Assembly (NCBI GenBank): GCA_963841015.1
Contig: CAWJAX010000003.1
Coordinates: 736,001 to 800,000 of the forward strand
Length of the DNA stretch: 64,000 bases
Origin: an uncultured Methanoregulaceae archaeon
GTDB taxonomy: Archaea; Halobacteriota; Methanomicrobia; Methanomicrobiales; Methanospirillaceae
Direction of reading: 5' to 3'
Both the position numbers and the translations under genes were made by a program. Below, piece by piece: positions 1 through 10,326 of this stretch; the first letter of the stretch is position 1; every line of letters starts with the position of its first letter. The notes under the pieces are model-generated. The model was not told the origin of the DNA and made no database searches. It was given only the letters and a program-made list of their open reading frames with translations.

Positions 1-6
1 CCCCAC

Positions 7-1353
7 ATGGGATATCTTGACCAGGAAAAGATTACAAGGATCAAGCAAATCCTTAAATGGCGCCCGCGGGGAATGACAATCTCGGATCTCTCTTCACAGA
101 TGAAGCTGAACAGGAACCTGGTAGCAAAATATCTTGAGATACTCCTCATCTCCGGCCAGGTAGAGATGCAGGAAATTGGTCCGGCAAAAGTCTATTTCCT
201 GACCCAGAGGGTGCCTATCTCAACCATGCTTGAATTTTCTTCTGACCTTGTGATCGTGGTCGATAGCGAGGGTAAAATTCTCCAGGTAAATGAACATGTC
301 TTGGAACTGCTTACCATGAAACGGGAGGCTTTGACCGGGCTGTGTCTTCAGGAGATCGATAATCCGTTTATCCAGAATACCTGGAGTAGTGTAAAAAAAC
401 ACAATTCAGACGCAAAAAACGGGGATACTACTCCATTCTCAAGCACGGTACAGGGAGAACTGCGGCATTTCCGGATAAAACAAGTGCCAACCGTCTTTGA
501 GAACGGAAGTGAAGGATATACGTACATTATAGAGGATACAACAACCCAGAAAAAATCCCAGGAGATGCTGGAGATCAGTGAGGCAAAATACCGGGGGTTG
601 GTCCAGTCCTCCGGGGAGGCCATTATTGGCATGACCATTGACGGAGGCCTGGTCAGCTGGAACCCTGCGGCCGGGCTGCTCTTCGGATATACTGAAGAGG
701 AGGTACTGCAAAAACCGGTCAACATCCTTGTGCCCCCGGATCTTCAGGGGGTTTTGGAAGTATTTCTCACGAGACTCAAACAGGGACAGTGTATCCGAAG
801 ATATGACATGAACATGATCCGCAAGGATGGCACAACTATCAATACCCTGATGACGATCTGTCCAATCCGGGGAGAGAACGATCAAATAGTCGGGGCTTCA
901 TCGATAGTACGGGACATCACCAGCGAAAAGCGCGAGCAGCATCTGCGTGAATATGAGGACCGGTACCGCACCCTTGTCGAAGACCTCAATGTAGGCATCT
1001 ACCGGAGTACAGCCGAACCTGGGGGCAGATTTGTCTGGGGGAATACGGCACTTCTCGATATTCTCGGGTATAACACTATGCAGGATCTCGGTGCAGTCAA
1101 TGTCATCGACATCTTCTCAAAACCGAATGGCAGGCTGGAGTTAATTGAAGAGCTGCAGAGAAACGGGTTTGTAAAAAACAGGATCCTGCAACTGAAACGA
1201 AGGGACAACTCGTCAATAACGGTCAGCGTTACAGCACTCGCAGAATTCGACCAAAAGAAAAACCTTGTTTTTATCAATGGAATTGTGCAGGATATCACTA
1301 CCTTTCAAGATTCCCTGCAGGAATTTGGCTGTCGACAAGGATTGCTGAAATAA
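7..1353 (+). CDS. PAS-domain S-box protein with N-terminal winged-HTH (three PAS domains, no kinase domain)
   Basis: N-terminal 'GMTISDLSSQMKLNRNLVAKYLEILLISGQV' is HTH-like; PAS motifs follow (QVNEH, SWNPAA...FGYTEEEV, WGNTA...GY) with RDIT/QDIT/EDTT PAC ends. Confidence 0.85.
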   Translation: MGYLDQEKITRIKQILKWRPRGMTISDLSSQMKLNRNLVAKYLEILLISGQVEMQEIGPAKVYFLTQRVPISTMLEFSSDLVIVVDSEGKILQVNEHVLELLTMKREALTGLCLQEIDNPFIQNTWSSVKKHNSDAKNGDTTPFSSTVQGELRHFRIKQVPTVFENGSEGYTYIIEDTTTQKKSQEMLEISEAKYRGLVQSSGEAIIGMTIDGGLVSWNPAAGLLFGYTEEEVLQKPVNILVPPDLQGVLEVFLTRLKQGQCIRRYDMNMIRKDGTTINTLMTICPIRGENDQIVGASSIVRDITSEKREQHLREYEDRYRTLVEDLNVGIYRSTAEPGGRFVWGNTALLDILGYNTMQDLGAVNVIDIFSKPNGRLELIEELQRNGFVKNRILQLKRRDNSSITVSVTALAEFDQKKNLVFINGIVQDITTFQDSLQEFGCRQGLLK

Positions 1354-1416
1354 AATTTCAGGAACCCCACCAAACAACACAAATTCCCTCAGGATTAATC
1401 TGATATCGACCGTGAT

Positions 1417-2184
1417 TTACGCTATATTGCTGATAGTCGCGAAATCCTCAAGATATAATTCCTCCGGCCTGCTCTTAAGGATCTCCTGGGGCAATGCGAC
1501 AATTACCCGCTTCACCCATGAAGGATCCAGCATGCCCCCGGATTCTCTCAGGCAGTTTCGAATAGTTTTACGCCGGTGTGAAAAGAGTGCACGCACAACA
1601 TCAGCATACCTGTGCCGGTTGTTGATGGGAAAGATCGGCTGCTGCCGGGGGACTATCTTCACAACAGTCGAATGAACCTGAGGTTTGGGTGTGAAACAAT
1701 TTGGAGAGAGTTTAAAGCACTGTTGCACAACTGCATAGGTCTGCACCATAATCGACAGCCTCCCACAATTCTTGGTGCCTGCAGGTGCAACCATCCGTTC
1801 CGCAAACTCACTCTGATACATCAGGATTGCTTCCCAGAATCCAATATCAAGAAGGCGGAAGGTGATCTTGGACGATACTGAATAGGGAAGATTTGAAACA
1901 ACCATCTCAAATGAGGGAAGTTCACATCTTGTTGCATCACCGTGTTGCACCAGGAGTTGCCCGGTAGAGATTTCTTCAGAAAAACGTTCGGTGAGTTCCT
2001 CACAGAGATGACTGTCAAGTTCCACGGCGTGCACAACCGCCCCGCGGTCGAGCAGCGCACGGGTAAGAGCCCCGTTACCCGGCCCGACCTCAAGCACACG
2101 TTTGCCTTTTACATCAGCAAGGTCTGCTATACGATCTACCGCATGCGGATCGGTAAGAAAATGCTGATCATGATGCGCTTTCAT
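1417..2184 (-). CDS. rsmA: 16S rRNA dimethyladenosine transferase RsmA/KsgA (Dim1)
   Basis: QHFL, EVGPGNG, VSNLPY, GRLSIMVQ and FTPKPQVHS motifs. Confidence 0.95.
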   Translation of the reverse strand: MKAHHDQHFLTDPHAVDRIADLADVKGKRVLEVGPGNGALTRALLDRGAVVHAVELDSHLCEELTERFSEEISTGQLLVQHGDATRCELPSFEMVVSNLPYSVSSKITFRLLDIGFWEAILMYQSEFAERMVAPAGTKNCGRLSIMVQTYAVVQQCFKLSPNCFTPKPQVHSTVVKIVPRQQPIFPINNRHRYADVVRALFSHRRKTIRNCLRESGGMLDPSWVKRVIVALPQEILKSRPEELYLEDFATISNIA

Positions 2185-2744
2185 CGTGTCGTGAATACGT
2201 GATACTTGACATCGGGGTCCTGAAGTTCTTCGAGAATCCGGGACTGGATCATTCGCTCCGGGTGCGGGATCGCTTTTATCCGGGCGGAGATATCAGCAAG
2301 GGAAACAAACGGCTTTTTATTGCGCTCCTCTAAAATCTCCCACATCAGCTTCTTACCAATGCCCGGAAGAAGGTGGAGCATGTGGAGTTTTGGCGTAATC
2401 GAGATCGCCTTGTTGAAGAAGGCAACAAAGTCAGGTTCGCGTTCTTTTATCACTTTCTCTATGATAAAAGGGAGTTCCCCCCGTGCAGTCTGGGTCAGGT
2501 CATTGTACCCAATCCGACGCTTTACCCGCTCTATCTTATCGCGCTCAGCGTCGCCAATATAGACTTTGTCATGGAGTTCGATTGCTACATTGTTCTTGGG
2601 CACAAGCTCAAGGAGTTTGAACTGCTCAAGCCCCATCGCCTGTATGATCGGTTCTCTCTTAAAAGGAGGGCGTTGATCCTCAGGGTGTCCTTTCATTAAC
2701 ACATCCAGTACGATCGCATTAACCTCTTTTTTTTCCGCCTTCAT
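2181..2744 (-). CDS. DUF655 predicted RNA-binding protein
   Basis: FFNKAISITPKLHMLHLLPGIGKK HhH motif; conserved position between rpo4 and rsmA. Confidence 0.9.
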   Translation of the reverse strand: MKAEKKEVNAIVLDVLMKGHPEDQRPPFKREPIIQAMGLEQFKLLELVPKNNVAIELHDKVYIGDAERDKIERVKRRIGYNDLTQTARGELPFIIEKVIKEREPDFVAFFNKAISITPKLHMLHLLPGIGKKLMWEILEERNKKPFVSLADISARIKAIPHPERMIQSRILEELQDPDVKYHVFTTR

Positions 2745-2754
2745 GTTTCACACC

Positions 2755-3105
2755 TCAAAAGTGTGCCATTACGTGTTCGATGATTTTATCAAGTTCTTCA
2801 GGAGACAGCGTATACCGCTCTTTTGCAAAGATCGCCCGAACTTCATCACGGGTTTTTGGCATGATGTTTGCAATCCTGTAAGCGATCTCAGGCTTCATCT
2901 TTTCCATTTTTACAAGTTCCGCTACCAATGCATGTGATTTTTCAGGAGCAGTTTTTGCTAATTTATTGGCATGCTCGATACTTCGCCGGAACTCATAGGA
3001 CATCTCCTTTTCTGCTGCAATCCGTTCAGATTCCACTCCTAACAGGACTCCGCGCATCTCAGGGAGTGTGACCCTTTCTTCGCTAATGATACCCTTCACT
3101 TTCAT
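2755..3105 (-). CDS. rpo4: RNA polymerase subunit Rpo4 (RpoF, Rpb4 family)
   Basis: IANIMPKTRDEVRAIFAKE motif; position after rpl21e. Confidence 0.93.
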   Translation of the reverse strand: MKVKGIISEERVTLPEMRGVLLGVESERIAAEKEMSYEFRRSIEHANKLAKTAPEKSHALVAELVKMEKMKPEIAYRIANIMPKTRDEVRAIFAKERYTLSPEELDKIIEHVMAHF

Positions 3106-3126
3106 GCCACTAACCTGACAGAGAAT

Positions 3127-3417
3127 TTACTTTTGTGCTTTTAGATGTTGTGGTCGTGCAATGACGATTTTATCTGCATTGCCGTCACGGATGGTAAGCA
3201 TCCAGGCCCGCCCACGCTGCCCGAGAACCGTTCCCGTCAATCCATGGAAGCGGCGGTGAGGCATTCCTTTCTGAACACTGGGGTTACAGACAATGTGCAC
3301 CCGGTCGCCGATCTCGTATTTCTGTATAACGCAGGTTACCGGGGGAAGTCCGCGCTCTCGTAAATCCTTCTTGAATTTATACCGTGTTTTCTTTCGTGGT
3401 CCGTTATGATGTGCCAT
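3127..3417 (-). CDS. rpl21e: 50S ribosomal protein L21e
   Basis: KGMPHRRFHGLTG and RPQHLK motifs. Confidence 0.97.
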   Translation of the reverse strand: MAHHNGPRKKTRYKFKKDLRERGLPPVTCVIQKYEIGDRVHIVCNPSVQKGMPHRRFHGLTGTVLGQRGRAWMLTIRDGNADKIVIARPQHLKAQK

Positions 3418-3420
3418 TAT

Positions 3421-4653
3421 CTAATCTCCCTCTTTTGCTCCTTCTACCTGCACGACATCGAGGCTGAATACGTGCGCCGGTCTATCCAGGATCTCGGCTA
3501 GACTCGGACGGGTTCTTCCTCCATCCCCTGATACGAGTTCTTTGATGTAGAGACCGGCTTCACCAAGAACTTCGACGACAAATTTGCCGTCCTGTTCCCC
3601 TACATACTCAATATCGAGGACGATGCGCTCACGGATCTTATCTGCTCTGCGATGAGCGACCCTCTCGGGTGTGCGCTGGTGTATTGTGGCGCCCTGTAAG
3701 GTTTTTAAGGCATTTGCGAACTCATTCGCAGATAATGCACCGTCAACCTCGACCAGGATCCTGTATTTTTTATGCGCTTTGTTTGATTTAAGGGTTTCCA
3801 CTTCCGCACGTTCGCTCCAGCGTTTGATCGAAACAGAAACCCGACCATCTGAAACCCGGTTGATCTCCTGTTCAAGTGCGGTAAGATCCAGAGAACGCTT
3901 TTTAGGTTCGACCACTTCAAGAATGAACGGCCTGCCCGTACCAATCATCCGTGCGTCAATATCCTCCCTTCCCGCACCATGAAGAACCGCGTTTTGTGCG
4001 TCGAACGCAGTAATGACCGGTCTCCCGATAAGTTGCTCCACCGAGTCAAGGTATTGTGCACCCGTGAAATTGCATTTTTCGCAGCCTGCACCCCTGCATG
4101 CACGGCAGTCCCAATGGGTCTGCGGGATACCCCGCTCGAACTTCTGGTACCTCCCGTAAAAGAATACAGAATTTATCTGCACTTCCACCTGGCCTGATGC
4201 GGGATCGAGGATAGCAACGATATCCGGTTTTTTGAAGTCCACGTTCTTTCCCGTGAGTACAGATACTGCCTTTCCCACTTCGCGGTTGACCTCAGATTTG
4301 AATGGTTCTGGTTCAGTGAGTGAGAGATCGCTCCAGACCATCTCCTCATTTTCAGCTATAAGCGGGGGTACCCTGCATCCTACAAGAAATGTTGAAAACT
4401 CGATCCCCCGGACTGATGCTGTTACGCGATCTGCCCACTCCGGAATCGCATCAAAGAAATTGCTGCAGACCCAGCAGGTGCCGGAGAATTTCGTATACGG
4501 CAGGTTCTCCCCAATAGCAAGAGCAATCTTAAGACTGCGCCCGCGTTCATCATTGGTGAGCCCGTGAGAGCGTTTCCCAAAAAACCGCCCGAGGCAATGG
4601 TCGCAGCATTCCCCATACCCGAGTATCGATTTTACCTGTTCATTTATTTCCAT
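3421..4653 (-). CDS. pus10: tRNA pseudouridine(54/55) synthase Pus10
   Basis: CDHCLGR Zn motif, catalytic HGAGREDIDARM, QRTPERVAHRRAD, GLYIKEL; start taken at MEINEQ (ATG 4653). Confidence 0.95.
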   Translation of the reverse strand: MEINEQVKSILGYGECCDHCLGRFFGKRSHGLTNDERGRSLKIALAIGENLPYTKFSGTCWVCSNFFDAIPEWADRVTASVRGIEFSTFLVGCRVPPLIAENEEMVWSDLSLTEPEPFKSEVNREVGKAVSVLTGKNVDFKKPDIVAILDPASGQVEVQINSVFFYGRYQKFERGIPQTHWDCRACRGAGCEKCNFTGAQYLDSVEQLIGRPVITAFDAQNAVLHGAGREDIDARMIGTGRPFILEVVEPKKRSLDLTALEQEINRVSDGRVSVSIKRWSERAEVETLKSNKAHKKYRILVEVDGALSANEFANALKTLQGATIHQRTPERVAHRRADKIRERIVLDIEYVGEQDGKFVVEVLGEAGLYIKELVSGDGGRTRPSLAEILDRPAHVFSLDVVQVEGAKEGD

Positions 4654-5222
4654 CCGCACTTCCTCCTGTCCAGCTCGTTGTGTACTACGGTTATCGTGTG
4701 ATCGGCATGCAGGCACGCCGGTCCGACGGAATACCGGGGGCAGTTCCTTATCAGGGATTTTTCATCATCCGTGAAATTCAGGTGATCAGAGAGGATAAAT
4801 GCATCCGGGAGCGTCTCACTGGATCGTATATCGCCACCCTTTTCGTCAAGCACAGCGAATGCCTCTTCTTCGATAAGGCGTGCAAGCCCGCCTTTCCGTA
4901 CAGACACTCCCGACGCAGCGTCGCGAAATTCACTTCCGACGGGGAGTTCCAGTGCCTTTTTGATCAGTGCTGCGGCACTCCTTTCATCAGGAGAAAGGGA
5001 ACGCACGTCTGTCCCGGAAAATCTGATTGTTTTTGGTCCTGCCGGTTCACCGCAGAGGACGAGGTAACACACCGTATCCCGGCGCAGGTCATGCGAAAGA
5101 AAGAGCGAGGAGTTCACGCACCGGCAGAGCACATCCATGCGTCCGCCAGTCCCAGGCAGGTCATTTAAGGAAAAAGCCCCGTCAGTCCGGGCAATGTGCC
5201 CGATAACAGCAAACGAGGTCAT
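4644..5222 (-). CDS. trmY: tRNA (pseudouridine54-N1)-methyltransferase TrmY
   Basis: SLNDLPG..GRMDVLCRC, PDERS, FILSDH and LHADH motifs; adjacent to pus10. Confidence 0.93.
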   Translation of the reverse strand: MTSFAVIGHIARTDGAFSLNDLPGTGGRMDVLCRCVNSSLFLSHDLRRDTVCYLVLCGEPAGPKTIRFSGTDVRSLSPDERSAAALIKKALELPVGSEFRDAASGVSVRKGGLARLIEEEAFAVLDEKGGDIRSSETLPDAFILSDHLNFTDDEKSLIRNCPRYSVGPACLHADHTITVVHNELDRRKCGWK

Positions 5223-5223
5223 T

Positions 5224-6546
5224 TCACTGCATTCCAGAAAAGCGTTTCATTAAGCGCTGCATATTGAATTTTCCGCCGCCACCCCGTAGTCCTTTAAGAG
5301 TGCGCTGCATCATTTTATAGTACTTGAGGAGTTCACGTACCTCGTCCAGGGTTGCACCGGCACCGCGGGCAATCCGCTGCATGCGGGAACTGCTGATCAG
5401 GGCCGGGTCATCAAGTTCTCCGGGGGTCATCGAATCCATAATGATGCGGTAGCGCACCATCTTGGTGCTGGTGACATCGTAAACCCCGTCAGGAAGTTGC
5501 ATGTTTCCCATCGGGAGCATGCCCATGATCTGTTTGAGCGGGCCCATCTTGTTGAGCGCTTCAAGCTGCGTGTACATATCACGGAGGGTAAACTTCCCCT
5601 TCATCATCGCATTGACATCAACATTTTCTGCTTTGATAGCTTCTTCTGCCCGCTCGGCCAGTGCTTTTAAATCGCCCATTCCCAGAAGGCGGGAGATGAA
5701 ACCGTCGGGATCAAAACGTTCGAGATCCTCGATAGTCTCCCCGCTTCCGATAAAAACGATCCCGCTTTTCGTCTCTGCAACCGCGGAAAGTGCGCCCCCG
5801 CCTTTTGCAGTCCCGTCCATTTTGGTGATTATCACCCCATCGATATCGATCGCTTCATGGAAACGCCGGGCCTGTTCACTTGCCTGCTGCCCGAGTGCTG
5901 CATCGATCACGAGCCAGCGGTGGGTTGCTTTCGTGAGCGTATTGAGCTCGATGATCTCTTTGATCAGGTCTGCCTCGAGCGCGTGTCTTCCCTGGGTATC
6001 AACAATGACGAGTTCGAGATCTTTTTGGCTTTCGAGCCCTTCACGGGTGATTTTTATGGCATTTTTTTCCTGGGGATTGCCAAAACAGGGTACGTTGATC
6101 TTAGCGCAGAGCGTGGATATCTGGTCATAGGCGCCCGGGCGGAATGTATCTGCACAGATTACCCCGACTTTCATCCCTCTCTTCTGGAAGTAGCGGGCGA
6201 GTTTTGCCGTTGTTGTGGTCTTACCGCTTCCCTGCAGTCCGGCCATGAGGATGGTCTGGGGTTCAAGTTTTACATCCGTTGATGCCCAGACGAGGCGTAC
6301 AAGCTCCTGGTAAACGATCCGAAGAACATGCTCCCTCACGTTTGTACCTTTTGGTAATTGTTCGTCAAGGGAGCGGGTGCGAATCGCTTTACTGAGCTCC
6401 ATGACGAGTTTCACGTTCACATCGGACGATATGAGTGCCCGCTGAAGATCCTTAACCAGCTCATCGACCGCTGCACGATCGATCACCGTTTTTCCGGCAA
6501 GTTTTTTTAATGCGTCCTTAAGCGACGTTGAGAGGTTATCAAGCAT
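5224..6546 (-). CDS. srp54: Signal recognition particle protein SRP54
   Basis: [22 protein letters not shown] and TKMDG motifs; Met-rich M domain. Confidence 0.97.
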   Translation of the reverse strand: MLDNLSTSLKDALKKLAGKTVIDRAAVDELVKDLQRALISSDVNVKLVMELSKAIRTRSLDEQLPKGTNVREHVLRIVYQELVRLVWASTDVKLEPQTILMAGLQGSGKTTTTAKLARYFQKRGMKVGVICADTFRPGAYDQISTLCAKINVPCFGNPQEKNAIKITREGLESQKDLELVIVDTQGRHALEADLIKEIIELNTLTKATHRWLVIDAALGQQASEQARRFHEAIDIDGVIITKMDGTAKGGGALSAVAETKSGIVFIGSGETIEDLERFDPDGFISRLLGMGDLKALAERAEEAIKAENVDVNAMMKGKFTLRDMYTQLEALNKMGPLKQIMGMLPMGNMQLPDGVYDVTSTKMVRYRIIMDSMTPGELDDPALISSSRMQRIARGAGATLDEVRELLKYYKMMQRTLKGLRGGGGKFNMQRLMKRFSGMQ

Positions 6547-7595
6547 CAGGTATCACTTCCAAGGAGGTCTTCTACAATCTGCGCAGGATCAAACGGTATG
6601 ATATCATCATATCCCTGGCCGGTGCCAAGGAACATGAGCGGTTTTCCGATAGTGTGTGCAATCGAAATAGCAGCTCCACCCCGGGAATCCATATCTGCCT
6701 TGGTGAGTACTACTGCATCTGCACCTACGGTCCTGTCAAATTCAGCAGCCCGTACAATTGCATCGTTGCCGGCCACTGCCTCATCGACATAGACGATAAG
6801 GTCAGGTTTCATCACGCGTCGGATCTTTTCAAGCTGGTTCATCAGGTTGGATTTGGTATGAAACCTTCCTGCGGTGTCAGCGAGTACTACATCGATCTTG
6901 TGCGAGACCGCATACTGGACCGCATCAAAGATCACCGCCGATGGATCAGCACCTTCCTGGTGCTGGATAATTTTTATGCCGATTCGTTCGGCATGCACGC
7001 CGATCTGTTCAATCGCACCGGCACGATAGGTATCCCCTGCGCCGATGACAACCGTATATCCCTGTTTTTTCAGGTATGCCCCAATCTTTGCCACCGTGGT
7101 GGTTTTACCGGTCCCGTTGACTCCCGTGAAAAGGATCTTTACCGGGTGAGCGTGAGTTTTTACGTATTCCGCAAGGTTGAACCCTTTTCCGAGGACTTCG
7201 AGCAGTGCACTTTTTAATGCTCCCACGACAAGTGCATCTACTGATTCCCCGATCTTCCGGTGCTTTCCGACAAGGTTGGTTCTGACATGGGCGATTATCG
7301 CATCAGTGACCGGCAGCGCCACATCACTCTCAAGCAGCGTCATTTCAAGTTCAGAGAGTGCTTCTGATATATCTTTTTCCGAGACTATCAGTTCCCGCTC
7401 GATAATTAAAACTTTAACTTTGTCAACAAATGTCGGAGCTGCTGAAGGTGGGGTTTTTTGTTGTAGCAGGGGGGTGTCTGGCTCAGCTGTCCGGGTTTCT
7501 GGAAAAGCAGGTTCCTGCTTTGCTGCAGCTCCCTGGATACTGGTTCCCAGCCTGTTCCTGGCCGCCTGCAGCTTTTCTTTCAGTCCCCCGAACAT
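6546..7595 (-). CDS. ftsY: SRP receptor FtsY
   Basis: [19 protein letters not shown] and GTGQGY motifs; start taken at MFGGLKEK (ATG 7595). Confidence 0.96.
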   Translation of the reverse strand: MFGGLKEKLQAARNRLGTSIQGAAAKQEPAFPETRTAEPDTPLLQQKTPPSAAPTFVDKVKVLIIERELIVSEKDISEALSELEMTLLESDVALPVTDAIIAHVRTNLVGKHRKIGESVDALVVGALKSALLEVLGKGFNLAEYVKTHAHPVKILFTGVNGTGKTTTVAKIGAYLKKQGYTVVIGAGDTYRAGAIEQIGVHAERIGIKIIQHQEGADPSAVIFDAVQYAVSHKIDVVLADTAGRFHTKSNLMNQLEKIRRVMKPDLIVYVDEAVAGNDAIVRAAEFDRTVGADAVVLTKADMDSRGGAAISIAHTIGKPLMFLGTGQGYDDIIPFDPAQIVEDLLGSDT

Positions 7596-7611
7596 ACGAA
7601 AAAAAGCCCCG

Positions 7612-8058
7612 TTAATCCTGGTCGGCTGCTGCTGACTGCTGGTACCCGCTCTCAAGTCGCTTGTTTATCTCATTCATCTGCGAACGCAGACGATCGAGTG
7701 TTTCGGCAACCTTCTTTTGCGAGGCTTCCATCTCCATGATCCGTTCTTTTAAAAATTCAACAGCATCTTTATTCGAACGCTCGACAACGACTTCTGCGCC
7801 GATACTCAGGAGAATTTTTTCTGGTTCGAGAACCTTTGCCCTGACGCTTGCTCCTCCGCCAATCTGGAGGAGAACAATCCCGTCTTCTGTAGCGAGCATC
7901 CCTTCGAGCGCTTCGATAGCAGCGTGTGCCTCCATCCTTCCATTCTCCAGCATTTCCAGCTGGCTGACAAAAAGTTCAGCCTGCTGCCCGTATTCTTTCA
8001 GGTAATGCTGGAGTGTCATGAGTTCACGCTGGTCAATCTGTTGCATTGTATCTGCCAA
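7612..8058 (-). CDS. pfdA: Prefoldin subunit alpha
   Basis: Coiled coils flank LLQIGGG...LSIGAEVVVE hairpins; lies upstream of ftsY. Confidence 0.93.
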   Translation of the reverse strand: MADTMQQIDQRELMTLQHYLKEYGQQAELFVSQLEMLENGRMEAHAAIEALEGMLATEDGIVLLQIGGGASVRAKVLEPEKILLSIGAEVVVERSNKDAVEFLKERIMEMEASQKKVAETLDRLRSQMNEINKRLESGYQQSAAADQD

Positions 8059-8207
8059 AATCCACCACTCCTTATATCGAAATTCAGATAATCCTGACTC
8101 CTGATATGTATGTCCTTCATGAGCATAAATACATCATTGCAATTTTTGTGAGAGAGGAGAAGATTTTTAAACTTCAGCTGCACTGACAAGGAACTTGTGA
8201 GAACCCT

Positions 8208-8985
8208 ATGAAACGGTTACTTCTCTTTCTCCTTCTATCAGGGATCCTCGTTATCACACTATGCATAGCAGGATGTACTACTGCCCCGCAGGGGAACCAG
8301 ACCCTGGTGCCTGCTCCTGCCCGGGGAAGTATGATCTCGATTGTTGCCGACGGGAAGACCTACCCGGCTTACTTTGCGGCACCGGCTGATACCGGGAAGG
8401 CATCCCGCAATTGTGCTCATCCACTCGTTCAATGGACTCGAACCCGGGTATAAAGAAATGGTCAACCAAATGGCTGATGACGGATTTGTGGTGATAGCGC
8501 CGGAATGGCAGACCTATGGCCAGAGGGCTGGTGACCCCGAAGTTGAAGCGGTGATCCGATCATCCGTTGATACGCTGAAAGCCCGGCAGGATGTAGATGC
8601 ATCAAAGATCGGGCTTACCGGCTTTTGCGCCGGGGGACGGTATACGATGCTTTTCCTCCCGCAGGTAACAGACTTAAAAGCCGGGGTTGCTTTCTATGGC
8701 TTTCCCTATTCACGGGGTAACACAAACAACACCATGCCGGTCGAACACATAGGGGAACTGACAGATCCCATGCTCATCATCCATGGATCCCGCGACCAGC
8801 CAAGCCCGATTGATGGCATATACAACTATACAAAGCAACTCGATGCAGCCGGCAAGTACTTTGAGCTCAAAGTCTATCAGGGCGAACCCCATGGTTTCAT
8901 GATCACAAACGGGACCCTCGCCACCGATACTTCCGCAAATGATGCGTACGATCAGATGATCACGTTCTTTCAACGGATGCTTTGA
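8208..8985 (+). CDS. Dienelactone hydrolase family lipoprotein (split by a one-base frameshift near 8400)
   Basis: 8208-8453 gives a signal peptide with lipobox-like IAGC; 8341-8985 gives nucleophile GFCAGG, HGSRD and PHGF; removing one G at ~8400 joins them (GKHPAIVLIH). Confidence 0.85.
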
Positions 8986-9313
8986 TCCAACTTTTTTCTT
9001 TTTTATTAAACTACCTTTCCGGTTCAAAGCCAGCGTAAAACTGGCATATGATCACGACCATGCCGCGCCCGCTTTGTGTCAGACAAACAAACCGTTCTGC
9101 GTGTTCCGTTTCCATTGAAATTCCCAGAATATCTCCTGTTCTTCATTTCGACCACTCGCCTTAATATCCCGGAAATCCTTGGTTGATTACTACAATGGAA
9201 TCACTCCAAAAGGACCTCAGAATACAGAACAAAAAGATCCTGCCACCCGGAGATAACGCTGAAAACCGCCATGATGACCTGGATCGGGATAGTAGCTCCG
9301 GAGGCGTTATTGT

Positions 9314-9745
9314 ATGACGAGGGGACGGCCCCCCCGGCAGGGACTGGATGATGCACACCGCGTCGCCACTGCGAGGGGGACAGTGATGAGTTTTGTGAAG
9401 AACAGGGGGAACCGTTGTGACTTCATGATCGTAGGGAATGGAAATCTCGTTTTTGTCCTGGTCCGGAAAGCCCGGCGAGTTGGCGGAACCCGGGAGGAGA
9501 TGGAAAGAGAGTTCTGTGAACCGGTCATGCGGCTCCGGTCCTTCCCCTCATCAGGTCCCGTCACCAGGGAACTCTGGACGTATACCCGGTACGGTATCTG
9601 GAGGTTTTTCCGGATTGATGATACCACTATCGTAGAGATTTGCCAGGACGGGAAGCCGCTGAAGAACCCATTTGTCGAGGTTGTCCGGACGGTCAGAGCG
9701 GTGAGAAGGAAGAAACCGGGGTCTGCTTTGATGAAGGTGTCCTGA
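9314..9745 (+). CDS. Hypothetical basic protein, possible degenerate PD-(D/E)XK/Hjc-like fold
   Basis: 143-aa ORF preceded by GGAGG RBS; CDFMIVG..LVFVLVRK and RELWTY...WRFFRI segments. Confidence 0.6.
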   Translation: MTRGRPPRQGLDDAHRVATARGTVMSFVKNRGNRCDFMIVGNGNLVFVLVRKARRVGGTREEMEREFCEPVMRLRSFPSSGPVTRELWTYTRYGIWRFFRIDDTTIVEICQDGKPLKNPFVEVVRTVRAVRRKKPGSALMKVS

Positions 9746-9799
9746 TCTCCCCTTTTTCCCTTTTCCCCTATCCGAGCAGCACGGGAAATACACCCTGAA

Positions 9800-10326
9800 A
9801 GACATACATTTTCCCCAACCTGTTTCTCCGTCGGAGACTTTTCCACACGAGGGGGTTACTGTACCGGAAATAGCACTAATTCGCGAAATAACAGCACTAT
9901 TGTTTTGGGAATCCCGTGATTACTTGCCCGTTTGACTGTCTGAGGCTGAAACGAAGCTAAAAATCACCGCTAATAGCACCTATCGGGAGGTAAATCTCCG
10001 TTCAAATGGGCTGGAGTAGGGGGGAAATGAAAGAAAGCCTGTTTTGAGCTTGCCGGAATTTCCATGATCCGCCTTCAGAGACATACATTTTCCTCAACCT
10101 GTTTCTCCGTCGGAGATTATTCCACACGAGGGGTTCCTGAGCCGGAAATAGCACTAATTCGTGAAATAACAGAACTATTGTTTTGGGAATCCCACGATTC
10201 TTTGCCCATTCGGCTGTCGGGGGCTGAACCGAAGCTGAAAATCACTGCTAATAGCACCTATTGGGAGGCGAATCTAAGGGGGGCTGGGGGGTAACACGGT
10301 CAAGGGAAAAAGAACACCTGTTTTGG
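9800..10326. repeat. Tandem imperfect direct repeat, two ~250-bp copies with 279-bp period (9800-~10047 and 10079-~10326)
   Basis: Both copies begin AGACATACATTTTCC..AACCTGTTTCTCCGTCGGAGA and share CCGGAAATAGCACTAATTCG, CTATTGTTTTGGGAATCCC, GCTAATAGCACCTAT and CCTGTTTTG. Confidence 0.95.

Noticed and set aside
4680-7635. Long antisense ORFs (4680-5168, 5501-6130, 6528-7217, 7177-7635) and similar shadows elsewhere
   Set aside because: They lie opposite well-supported conserved genes and have no recognisable motifs
10064-10294. 76-aa ORF in the second repeat copy
   Set aside because: The frame is not preserved in the first copy (indels and a stop), so it is probably spurious
9800-10326. CRISPR array
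   Set aside because: Only two long units, no short repeat-spacer periodicity and no cas genes
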